Notes under the pieces: generated by a model | What the model was told of the DNA's origin: nothing | Seen by the model: the letters and a program-made list of their open reading frames with translations, nothing else | Database searches by the model: none | Assembly: GCA_003660975.1 (NCBI GenBank) | Contig: QMVG01000001.1 | Location: 96,001 to 160,000, forward strand | Reading direction: 5' to 3' | From: Candidatus Micrarchaeota archaeon | Lineage (GTDB): Archaea > B1Sed10-29 > B47-G15 | DNA: 64,000 nucleotides | Program-made: the position numbers and the translations under genes | Shown here: piece by piece, positions 40,417 through 48,650 of the stretch | Position numbering within the stretch: position 1 is the stretch's first letter | Layout of the letters: each line of letters begins with the position of its first letter

Positions 40417-41486
40417 TTCCAATAACGAAAAGGGAGCTGAAAGCAATAAGCAGGGAAAAAAGCTTTATACTGCTGATTGTGATAGAATTGCTTTTGCTTC
40501 TCTCATCTAACTTATTCAGTGTGGGTTATTTACTTATCTCTAGTCCTGAGGAAAAAACTGTTGATTTTTCATCGCTTGTCAGTGTTGCTGTTGTTAGCAG
40601 AACGCCTTTTCCCTTTCAGAAGGTCATGGAGAGGACTAGTCTTGCTCTAATATTTTACGATGACTTTGCGAGAGCTCATGGTGACTTTTTAAATGGAAAA
40701 ATTGATGCTATATTGTTTGGAGATATCACATTGAGCAATAAGACAGACACACTAACGCTCTACTTGCCAAAAAATAATCCGAAAATCAACCTAATAAAGA
40801 TGGAGATAAAAGACCTGCTCCAAAACCTAGAGGAGATTGTAAGGACTGATAAGAAAAAAGCCCTGTCTCCTGCATTGACCTTGGTAAACATTGAAAACAG
40901 TGTTCCTTTCAATCCCGCTTCAGAAGTATATTTCATATTTACGCTTCCCCTGCTTTTGTTCTTGCCTTCATTAATCTCAGGCAGCCTGATAATAGACAAC
41001 ATAACAGAGGAATTTGAAAAGAAAACAATAATTAACCTGAAAAAAGCCCCCTTGACAAATATGGAAATAGTATTACAGAAGCTTTTAGCGGTTGTGATAA
41101 TAGCTCTGCTGCAGTGTATCGCCTGGCTTATAATCATCGGGGCCACACAAGTAAAGGTTGAAAACGTCTTTTGGATTGTCTTATTGTTCTCTCTTTACGC
41201 GCTCTTCTTCTGTGTGTTGGCTGCCTCAATAACTTTGAAATTAAAGTCTCAGAAGCTTTCTCAAACTATATTTACTGTGATCTCTCTATTTGCCTTAGCT
41301 ACTTTTTCTCCAGTAATAAGCAAAATAAAACTCTTAGTAGACCTATCGCCTGCTCACTTGATGACAGCTCTCGCTACTGGCTGTAATCTAAATACAGTAC
41401 TGCCAGGCTTCCTGCTATTATTCGTTTTGCTTTTTGCTTCCTCTTTTGCACTCCACTATTCAGTGAAAGAATTAGATAGGATATAA
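40413..41486 (+). CDS. ABC-2 type permease
   Basis: KRELK, ITEEFEKKT..L..AP..., several TM helices; coupled to the preceding permease. Confidence 0.8.
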   Translation: MIPITKRELKAISREKSFILLIVIELLLLLSSNLFSVGYLLISSPEEKTVDFSSLVSVAVVSRTPFPFQKVMERTSLALIFYDDFARAHGDFLNGKIDAILFGDITLSNKTDTLTLYLPKNNPKINLIKMEIKDLLQNLEEIVRTDKKKALSPALTLVNIENSVPFNPASEVYFIFTLPLLLFLPSLISGSLIIDNITEEFEKKTIINLKKAPLTNMEIVLQKLLAVVIIALLQCIAWLIIIGATQVKVENVFWIVLLFSLYALFFCVLAASITLKLKSQKLSQTIFTVISLFALATFSPVISKIKLLVDLSPAHLMTALATGCNLNTVLPGFLLLFVLLFASSFALHYSVKELDRI

Positions 41487-41532
41487 ACTAAGGAAAACAT
41501 AAGAAATAGCCCAAAAATAAAAGGCTATTGGT

Positions 41533-42138
41533 TTATGGGAATAACTTAACGTACTTTCCTAGATATGACGGTGGTGTCCTGAAAGGTATTGCTTCCAGAG
41601 CTCCCTGATTTGGCGTTAGTGTTACTGTAACATCTACTGATGGAGCTATGCCTGATGTCTTGTACCAGAACTCAACGATGTCATTCTGCTTCACTGATAC
41701 TCTTGAAGAGTTAGACAGTGTTGCAGGCTGTCCCAAATAGAGCACTGAGTATGTCTTTCCAGTGACAGTAGATGCCTTAACTGAGTCAACTGTGTTATTG
41801 GTTGACATATTGTAGTAGAGACCACTTGACTGTTCATCTTTAGTGAAGAATTCCATCAATGTAAAGTTAAGGTTCACTTCTGTGCTTCCTGGTGCCAGTC
41901 TCGCGACAATCCTCAGGTAATCTATCTCAGTTGGACTGTCTGCATTGTCTGTAACACCTGTTATTCCTGTTATCCTCAGCTTAGTTGAAACCTCTCCTGT
42001 TGATTCCTTTCCTGTTTGCAGTGCCTGTCCTTCTAGTGAGCCTACTGTTTGCAGCAATACCATAGCTGCCACAGCTGCCACTAGAATCATGGCAATGAAT
42101 ATTATCAGGACTCCTATTCCTGATATAGCTCTCTTCAT
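41533..42138 (-). CDS. flaB: Archaellin (archaeal flagellin), copy 1
   Basis: Class III signal MKRA/ISGIGVLIIFIAMILVAAVAAMVLLQT..SL..QA.QTG.E...EVS; LAPGS..VNL. Confidence 0.92.
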   Translation of the reverse strand: MKRAISGIGVLIIFIAMILVAAVAAMVLLQTVGSLEGQALQTGKESTGEVSTKLRITGITGVTDNADSPTEIDYLRIVARLAPGSTEVNLNFTLMEFFTKDEQSSGLYYNMSTNNTVDSVKASTVTGKTYSVLYLGQPATLSNSSRVSVKQNDIVEFWYKTSGIAPSVDVTVTLTPNQGALEAIPFRTPPSYLGKYVKLFP

Positions 42139-42152
42139 CTTTCATTCACCTC
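41998..42152. repeat. 155-bp near-identical direct repeat with 45386-45540 (archaellin 5' ends plus leader)
   Basis: Only 2 mismatches by direct comparison. Confidence 0.9.
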
Positions 42153-42227
42153 TGATTAGCTGTATGCTTATAAAAAAAGAACACCTTTTTAAAGCTTACC
42201 TTTAAATGTTCTGTAAACTTGTTGTTG

Positions 42228-42316
42228 GCATAACATATGGCATTATCCGAAGTTGGGTGTAAGCCCAATTTGGACGAAGGCAACTTGTTGCTGAAGTCGT
42301 TTAATGCCTGTTATAT
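42228..42316 (+). other. attC-like recombination site 1
   Basis: GCATAAC...GTTATAT ends, GGCATTA/TAATGCC stem, two internal hairpins. Confidence 0.5.
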
Positions 42317-42546
42317 TCTCTGAGCGTAAGCGAGGACGAGGAAAGCGAAGCTTTCCGAAGAGTTTGCCCCCGAGCGTTTTTTAAAATAAGAAGTGCCAGC
42401 CTAAATATTTAAAAATTAAGGATCTCAACCAAAAGTATTATTAAACAGTTGGAAACCAGTTTCACATACATAATAGTTAAGGTGTTTCATTTAATGGATA
42501 AGCAGAGCCACTAGAAGTGACTACTAAATGAAGGAGGTAAAAGAAA

Positions 42547-43143
42547 ATGAAGGGTGAAATGAGAAACAGGTTGGCTCTGCTTAGCGTCCTCCTAGTAGGG
42601 GGGTTGTTAATGGCAGGTATAGGAACAGCTATGGGAGCAGGGGGTCTGCTGAAATTTGCTGGAAAGCAAGTCAGCGCAGTGGCAATGAACGACCAGTTAA
42701 AGATATATGAAGATGGCAAATTGGTAGAGGAAATTACATTGCCAAAAGGAGAATATAGTATAGAAACATCAGGACATAAAATAGTATTTCGAAAGATGAC
42801 TAAAGAAGAGATTGCAAAAGCGCAGGCAGAACACGAAAAGGAGATGGAGAAGTGGATTGAAATAGTCAATAAAGACAGCAGAATACAGGAATTAACCAAT
42901 GGAAAAAGCGTACAGTCTAAAGAGGTAGTCAGTGCAATAACAGGCAATGGAGATGAAATAATCCTAATGGTAAAAGTTGAAGGCAGATACTACAAGATTG
43001 CAATAGATCTGAACAGCGAAACAGTGAAATCAATGGAGGAGAAAAGCTCTGCTGTGATGGAAAACTGTTATGGGTCAGATGGACCAACAGATTGTAGCGA
43101 ATTGCCAGCAACAGCAAGATATTGGAGCAGGGTGCATAAATAA
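42547..43143 (+). CDS. Hypothetical secreted/membrane-anchored protein (element cargo)
   Basis: SD AGGAGG; N-terminal signal-like hydrophobic segment; 198 aa. Confidence 0.8.
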   Translation: MKGEMRNRLALLSVLLVGGLLMAGIGTAMGAGGLLKFAGKQVSAVAMNDQLKIYEDGKLVEEITLPKGEYSIETSGHKIVFRKMTKEEIAKAQAEHEKEMEKWIEIVNKDSRIQELTNGKSVQSKEVVSAITGNGDEIILMVKVEGRYYKIAIDLNSETVKSMEEKSSAVMENCYGSDGPTDCSELPATARYWSRVHK

Positions 43144-43176
43144 GCACCCTTCCTTTTATTTTAGGAGGAATAGAAA

Positions 43177-43671
43177 ATGAAAAGCAAAAAAATTCACGGA
43201 AGAACGGTATTCATGGCAGCTCTATTTGTGGCTTCAGTATTCGTGCTTGGAATAAAATTGCTGAATCCTACCCCAGTACAGATTTTTATAGAAGGTCAGA
43301 ATACAGCAATTACCCAAATTCCAGGATTTTTCACATTTTTGGATGTGATAATTCTAATTGTGGCATCAATCACTCTTGCCATTAGCGGAATGTATTTGTT
43401 ATTCTTTGATTCAGTTGAAAAACCTGCTGGTGGATTGGTACTTGAGGAAAGAAAAAAGAGATGGGAACAAATAGTAAAAACATTGAAATCTGATGAGCAG
43501 AAAATTTATAAGGCAATAATTGGTTCAGACGGAATTATAGAACAAAGTGAACTTCCAGAAAAAACAGGACTTTCGAAGGCAAGTGTTAGCAGGGCTTTAG
43601 ATTTATTGGAAAGCAGAGGTTTGGTTGAAAAAAGGAGAAGGGGAATGGGGAATATTGTTTTGCTGAAATAA
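43177..43671 (+). CDS. Membrane-anchored winged-HTH transcriptional regulator (element cargo)
   Basis: Two TM helices, then LKSDEQKIY...QSELPEKTGLSKASVSRALDLLESRGLVEKRRRGMGN. Confidence 0.85.
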   Translation: MKSKKIHGRTVFMAALFVASVFVLGIKLLNPTPVQIFIEGQNTAITQIPGFFTFLDVIILIVASITLAISGMYLLFFDSVEKPAGGLVLEERKKRWEQIVKTLKSDEQKIYKAIIGSDGIIEQSELPEKTGLSKASVSRALDLLESRGLVEKRRRGMGNIVLLK

Positions 43672-43729
43672 TTGGGTAAAAACCGAACAAATCGAAAGTA
43701 TTTTAAAGAATATATAGGGTAATTAATTT

Positions 43730-44575
43730 ATGATGAAAACTAAAAACCGGAAACAAATTATAGTTTTGGTTGGTGGCATTTTGGTAGGCATTGTTACAGG
43801 CACAATAATAACTGCACACCATTTTGGACAGATGGGGGGAAGAGCTTTCCCTGAATTTATTTTTTGTGGAACTTCCGGTATTTTAATTGCGAGCATAATT
43901 AAATATTTAGTTGACAAACGTAAAGGAATAAATACCACCACTTCTAAGCTTATACTTGCAGTTAGTCTCTGTATAATAGTTGGTTTGTTGATTGGTGCGG
44001 GTATTGGCTATCATTATTTTTTCAAGCTAGAGGCTACTCCAAGTAATGGGCAATCTACAAAAATAGAACCAACTAAAGAAATGGTTGAAAAGATAGTCTT
44101 TTACGAAAAGGGTAAACAAGAAATTATAGACCTGAAATCTGAAGATGGAAAAGAAATAGCAAGTTTGCTTACTCGCAAACTTCATGAATTAAATCTACAA
44201 GCAACATGTGTTTTTAGCGAGGAAGATATTCAGGAAATAAAGCAAAAAGACAGAGTTGCAGAGTTAATTTTCAAGAAACCTGTAGATATTACAATTTCTC
44301 AATGGACTGAGCCAGAAGAAAGGTACCATATTCCTGTTGATGAAAAGGGGTACAGAATTTTGGAGAATGTCAAAATTGCTATATTTATTTTGGAAGATAA
44401 TCAAGAAAGAGGATTAGAAGCACATATCTTAGTCGGTCATAGAGTTGAGGGAAGAACAGGCTATAGTTGCTGGGCAATAAATATCAAAGAAGAAGGAAAA
44501 CCAGAATTAGATAAAAGTTGGATTGATAGGATAAACCGGTTAATAAATAAGGCGGGCGCTTCCAACATCTTTTAG
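43730..44575 (+). CDS. Hypothetical membrane protein (element cargo)
   Basis: Three N-terminal TM helices plus a soluble domain; stop 15 nt before the attC-like site. Confidence 0.75.
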   Translation: MMKTKNRKQIIVLVGGILVGIVTGTIITAHHFGQMGGRAFPEFIFCGTSGILIASIIKYLVDKRKGINTTTSKLILAVSLCIIVGLLIGAGIGYHYFFKLEATPSNGQSTKIEPTKEMVEKIVFYEKGKQEIIDLKSEDGKEIASLLTRKLHELNLQATCVFSEEDIQEIKQKDRVAELIFKKPVDITISQWTEPEERYHIPVDEKGYRILENVKIAIFILEDNQERGLEAHILVGHRVEGRTGYSCWAINIKEEGKPELDKSWIDRINRLINKAGASNIF

Positions 44576-44591
44576 CGAGGGGGCAAATTGA

Positions 44592-44649
44592 ATATAACGA
44601 GTATTAAGCGAGATTTTTATTCGCATAATCCCTTAAATTGGAGTTAAAG
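44592..44649 (+). other. attC-like recombination site 2 (58 bp)
   Basis: ATATAAC-GAGTA-TTAAG(C)G(A)GATT...AATCCCTTAA-ATTGGA-GTTAAAG: 5/6-nt spacers, paired arms with unpaired C and A. Confidence 0.55.
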
Positions 44650-44707
44650 CGAAAAAAGCTAAGGAGGTATTCTTATCAAACAGGCAAAGCTTATATCTCG
44701 GTTGTGA

Positions 44708-44808
44708 AAAGGTAAAACACCAGCAGAAGCCGTCGGACTTGATTTAGGATTGAAGCATAAGTGGCATAATTAATTGAATTGGCAACAATTTATCAGGTAA
44801 AAGGTTAA
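44708..44808 (+). pseudogene. C-terminal remnant of a DDE transposase (IS6/IS1-like)
   Basis: KGKTPAEAVGLDLGLKHKWH then frameshifted LIELATIYQVKG*; resembles the GKTPAEAAGI...KW..LI tail of archaeal IS transposases. Confidence 0.6.
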
Positions 44809-44920
44809 CACTTCTTTTTTGATTTCTTACTCAGATTAATTTTTTAATGAATTTACCAACAATAAGTTTACAGAAGCCCTTTAAATGTAAAATTAAAACA
44901 AAATAAAAAGAGGTTTTGAT

Positions 44921-45526
44921 TTAAGGGAACAGTGACACATACTTTCCTTCAAAGGAAGCGGGTGTCCTGAAAGGTATTGACTCTGGCACTCCCTGGCTTG
45001 GTGTCAATGTAACCTTCACTGATGTGCTTGGGTCTATGCCTGATGTCTTATACCAGAACTCAACCATCTCGTTCTTCTTTACTGAGACCCTTGATGAATT
45101 TGATAGAGTTACTGATTTTCCTAGATACAATACAGAGTAGCTCTTTCCTGTTATTGTAGCATTCCTAACTGCTATGATTGAGTTATTAGTTGACATATTG
45201 TATGAGATCCCTGAGGACTGCTCGTCTTTTGTGAGGAACTCCATTAAGGTGTAATTCAGATTGACCTCGTCGCTCCCTGGTGCCAGTCTGCCAACGATTC
45301 TCAAATAGCTTATTTTTGTTGGATTTGCTGCATTGTCTGTAACACCTGTTATCGCTGTTATTCTTAATTTTGAGGAAACCTCTGATGTTGATTCCTTTCC
45401 TGTTTGCAGTGCCTGTCCTTCTAGTGAGCCTACTGTTTGCAGCAATACCATAGCTGCCACAGCTGCCACTAGAATCATGGCAATGAATATTATCAGGACC
45501 CCTATTCCCGATATAGCTCTCTTCAT
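44921..45526 (-). CDS. flaB: Archaellin (archaeal flagellin), copy 2
   Basis: Same class III signal and N-terminal helix as copy 1; divergent C-terminal domain. Confidence 0.92.
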   Translation of the reverse strand: MKRAISGIGVLIIFIAMILVAAVAAMVLLQTVGSLEGQALQTGKESTSEVSSKLRITAITGVTDNAANPTKISYLRIVGRLAPGSDEVNLNYTLMEFLTKDEQSSGISYNMSTNNSIIAVRNATITGKSYSVLYLGKSVTLSNSSRVSVKKNEMVEFWYKTSGIDPSTSVKVTLTPSQGVPESIPFRTPASFEGKYVSLFP

Positions 45527-45738
45527 CTTTCATTCACCTCACTACAGAAGTTAATAGCATAATTGAGGCAGCATTAATAAATCTTTCGCTGGAAAACAGA
45601 CATTTCAGGCAAATCTTTTTATAGTCTTTTGCCCTCTTTACAACAGTGGAATTTTTATAAAAAAATAGCTTGGCTTCTTCACAAATTTCTGTTGCTTAAT
45701 CAAAAACATTATAAAGCTCTAATGCCTTTTTTCACGCA

Positions 45739-45860
45739 GTGGAGAAATCCACAGAGAGATAAGTGACCTATATGAAGTGCATAAAGTGATAAAAAAGGCG
45801 GGGAAGCAGGCTCACCCAGCCAAAGGGGTCATTTGTGTGGCTTCCCTGTCCTATCTCTTT
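45739..45860 (+). ncRNA. Candidate structured small RNA
   Basis: TTATAAA box at 45709; GTGGA-GAAA-TCCAC hairpin; stems 45753-61/45852-60 and 45797-807/45840-50 whose GU pairs favour the + strand. Confidence 0.35.
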
Positions 45861-45865
45861 AACTC

Positions 45866-46810
45866 TCATGGGGGCAAATAATTTACTTTTTGTGGGGCCA
45901 GTGTTTTTCTGTAACTGCTCAGTATGACATTTGTTAGAGAATTCTTTACATGAGGAATGCTGAAAAGATTTTGTATAAAATGTTGGTATGTCGTTGTGCT
46001 TCTTGTCATGACCACTGCCAAAAGATTGAAATTGTATGAGATAGATGTTAGGTTGTGAATCTCTGGCCTTTTAGTTAACTCTTCTACAACCTTCTCTTCA
46101 AAACCCGGCTCTACAGAGATAAAAGTAACTGTGTTAAAATTTGTTCCAAGGATCTCGTAATACTCTTGATTAATTAAAACTGTCTTCTTAAGTATGGCTC
46201 TTTCCTTCCACAACCTGTTCCATCTTGAAGAGACAGTATTTCTATGCAATGACAGTTTCTCTGATATCTGTTTTATTGTCATCGGCGGGTTCTCCATTTT
46301 CTCTTTGATAATAAAGTGGTCTTTCTCATCAAGTTCTATTGTCTGCATATCTCCTTCTGACATGCAAATGCCGTGCATCTTATGGGTATCATAAGCAAAG
46401 ATAGAGACAATGGTTGACGCTATGTCCTTTGTCAATTCGCCAAGCCAATTGACAAAATTACGCAAAGCTACAGACGAAGGAAAAAAAGCCTGTATTAAAA
46501 CGTCATAATCTCCGCTTATAAAAAACGCAGCTGTAACAAAAGGGTTTTTCATAAGCTCATTTACAAGTAAGTCCAATGCCTGTGGGGTTATCATTTTCAT
46601 AAGGAAATAAACTACATCGTGATAGCCAAGTTTAAATGGGTTTAATCTATAGGTGTATCCCTGTATTATGCCCTCTCTTTCGTATCTTCGGATTTTATAT
46701 TGCACGATTGCAGGAGACATCCTCAATTCTTTTGCTATCTGCCTGTCTGGCCTTCTCCCGTTGTACATGAGATATCTCAGCAGTTTTACGTCATTTTCTT
46801 TTAACTCCAT
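45866..46810 (-). CDS. Tandem (double) Lrp/AsnC transcriptional regulator
   Basis: Two HTH+RAM units: GRRPDRQIAKELRMS...EREGIIQGY...ISGDYD and LDEKD...QISEKLSLHRNTVSSRW. Confidence 0.85.
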   Translation of the reverse strand: MELKENDVKLLRYLMYNGRRPDRQIAKELRMSPAIVQYKIRRYEREGIIQGYTYRLNPFKLGYHDVVYFLMKMITPQALDLLVNELMKNPFVTAAFFISGDYDVLIQAFFPSSVALRNFVNWLGELTKDIASTIVSIFAYDTHKMHGICMSEGDMQTIELDEKDHFIIKEKMENPPMTIKQISEKLSLHRNTVSSRWNRLWKERAILKKTVLINQEYYEILGTNFNTVTFISVEPGFEEKVVEELTKRPEIHNLTSISYNFNLLAVVMTRSTTTYQHFIQNLFSIPHVKNSLTNVILSSYRKTLAPQKVNYLPP

Positions 46811-46997
46811 ATAACCAGTTAAATTATAATTGAACAAAAATTTAAAGTTGATTTCGTTAATTGTCAAAAAATTTTGATATAATAACATTAAACGCACATA
46901 TTTTTACTTTGTTAATTATGCATATTCTTAGAAGCTATTTTATTGTTTGATTGCTTTTTTATTAGTGGAGGTGATCAAAAGCCAAAAGGTGGATGGC

Positions 46998-47243
46998 ATG
47001 AGGGTTGATTTATTACTGAAAATGATGGGTGCTTTTGGCTCCTTCATGAGCTTTTACAGCGCCCTGCGCAAACACGTGCCCTATGCCGACATCGCCTTGA
47101 TGGCTCTTATATCTGCTCTCCTTATATCACTTGGCAGGGAGGTGTCAAAAAGGAGAGCTGAAAACAAAGTTAGGATATCAATACCAGTTAGCGAAATGGA
47201 GAAAGGGATAATAATAAGGGATGGATATGCAAGTAGAGGCTGA
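46998..47243 (+). CDS. Small hypothetical membrane protein
   Basis: Two hydrophobic segments; start codon uncertain. Confidence 0.5.
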   Translation: MRVDLLLKMMGAFGSFMSFYSALRKHVPYADIALMALISALLISLGREVSKRRAENKVRISIPVSEMEKGIIIRDGYASRG

Positions 47244-47272
47244 CGACGGCTGAAAGGGGCCGAAAAGTGATT

Positions 47273-48037
47273 TCAGTAGAAGAATTCTTTCTCCACGATT
47301 TTGATCTTCGGGTCAAGCTTCGCGCCTTTTATAAAACCATACCAATAGACTACAATGCCGCTACCAAAGAGCTCCAAGTATGGCTTAAACTGCTTTTTAA
47401 AGTCTCTTTTCATTTCCTGTTCATCGCCAAAACTTGCTTTGCTCTCTATCCAGTGATATGACCTATTGCCTATTTTAAGTGTCTTTTTCAGCAAAAAGTC
47501 AGGGGTCTTACCACTAATGCCGTTTTTCCTGTTAATCTCCTTATTCTCGTACTCTGTTACAAATGGAATTCCCCGCTTTTCCAACCATTTTTTTATTTCA
47601 TTTTCAGCAGCCTTGCCGTTCTTATTCTGGATTTCAGCAGCCCATGGTGAATAGACAAAATCTTCCTTAATGACCTCCCTTATCTCCTTCCTTAAGCGCT
47701 TTTCCTCTATGCTGTCTGGATTCAAAAGCATCCTGTTTATTTCTTTCTTATTGAAGCCCATCTCAGACAATATAAACTTGGCCAGTATTACAGGTGAGAA
47801 ATTTGTTGACTCAGCCATGGACAGTATTGAAGAACCATTCCTCCACTCCTTGAGATAATATTTGGCTTTTGGCTTGACTTTATAGTAATCCCTCATAACC
47901 TTCCTGACTATCTTCCTTCCCAAGATGTTGAACAACATGTCTCTGGGCAGACCCATCCTAGCGCTAAGCAAATCAATGTCTTCCTTCCTGTTTAGGCGTT
48001 CGTATATGAAGTCAAACTCCTCTTTTTCTAATATCAT
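47273..48037 (-). CDS. C15orf41/CDIN1-family (TPD-motif) PD-(D/E)xK nuclease
   Basis: D.VYSP, KTPDFLL, WIESKASFGD, Y..LFG.G.VVYWYGF. Confidence 0.85.
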   Translation of the reverse strand: MILEKEEFDFIYERLNRKEDIDLLSARMGLPRDMLFNILGRKIVRKVMRDYYKVKPKAKYYLKEWRNGSSILSMAESTNFSPVILAKFILSEMGFNKKEINRMLLNPDSIEEKRLRKEIREVIKEDFVYSPWAAEIQNKNGKAAENEIKKWLEKRGIPFVTEYENKEINRKNGISGKTPDFLLKKTLKIGNRSYHWIESKASFGDEQEMKRDFKKQFKPYLELFGSGIVVYWYGFIKGAKLDPKIKIVEKEFFY

Positions 48038-48075
48038 GAGAATCCTTAATAATTTGACAAAGCATATATTAAAAC

Positions 48076-48642
48076 ATGTCTAAGGTTATGGGCATAGACC
48101 TGGCAGGCCTGGAGAAGAATGACACAGGCATATGTTCTCTTATTTTTTCAGAAGACAAGGAGATTGCAAAGGTTGTTAAGGTAAAAAAGGTAAAAACAGA
48201 CGCGCAGATATTAAGTGAGATAGAAAAGGAAATGCCCTTGGTTGTAGCTATTGACGCTCCACTGTCACTACCAAAAAGAGGGATGATGCGGAGCTGTGAT
48301 AAAGAATTACAGCAGTATGGAGCGATATCTCCATTGCTTGGAGGCATGAAAGCACTAACTGAAAGGGCAATTGAGTTGAAAAGGATTATATCTGAGTCCT
48401 ACGAAGTTATCGAGGTTAATGCTAGAATTGGGGCGAAGATGCTTGGTTACTATAATAAAGACACATCTGTGCAACAAAAAGCACTTATAGAGATGGGCAT
48501 AGAAGGAGACATTAAGGAAAGAATTCTAAGCGAAGATGAAATAGATGCGATAAGTGCTGCCATAATAGCGTACCTCTATGTCAATGGAAAATGTATGGCC
48601 ATTGGAGGGGAAGATGGATATACAATAGTGCCGAAGTTGTAG
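48076..48642 (+). CDS. DUF429 family predicted nuclease
   Basis: GIDLAG...TG, AIDAPLSLP, MRSCDKEL, VIEV, DEIDA. Confidence 0.85.
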   Translation: MSKVMGIDLAGLEKNDTGICSLIFSEDKEIAKVVKVKKVKTDAQILSEIEKEMPLVVAIDAPLSLPKRGMMRSCDKELQQYGAISPLLGGMKALTERAIELKRIISESYEVIEVNARIGAKMLGYYNKDTSVQQKALIEMGIEGDIKERILSEDEIDAISAAIIAYLYVNGKCMAIGGEDGYTIVPKL

Positions 48643-48650
48643 GTGCTTTA

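Larger units (their letters stand above)
42207..44877. mobile_element. Non-autonomous IS-derived element carrying passenger genes
   Basis: TIR TTCTGTAAACTTGTTGTTGG (42209-42228) vs CCAACAATAAGTTTACAGAA (44856-44875), 1 mismatch in 20; flanking direct repeat CCTTTAAA at 42199-42206 and 44878-44885; transposase remnant inside the right end. Confidence 0.75.

Noticed and set aside
44619-44650. Xer/dif site (ATTCGCATAA...GTTAAA)
   Set aside because: Arm spacing does not fit the 11-6-11 dif layout; the attC-like fold fits better
45584-45650. ORB-like motifs (TTCGCTGGAAAAC, ACAGTGGAA)
   Set aside because: Poor match to the ORB consensus and far from cdc6
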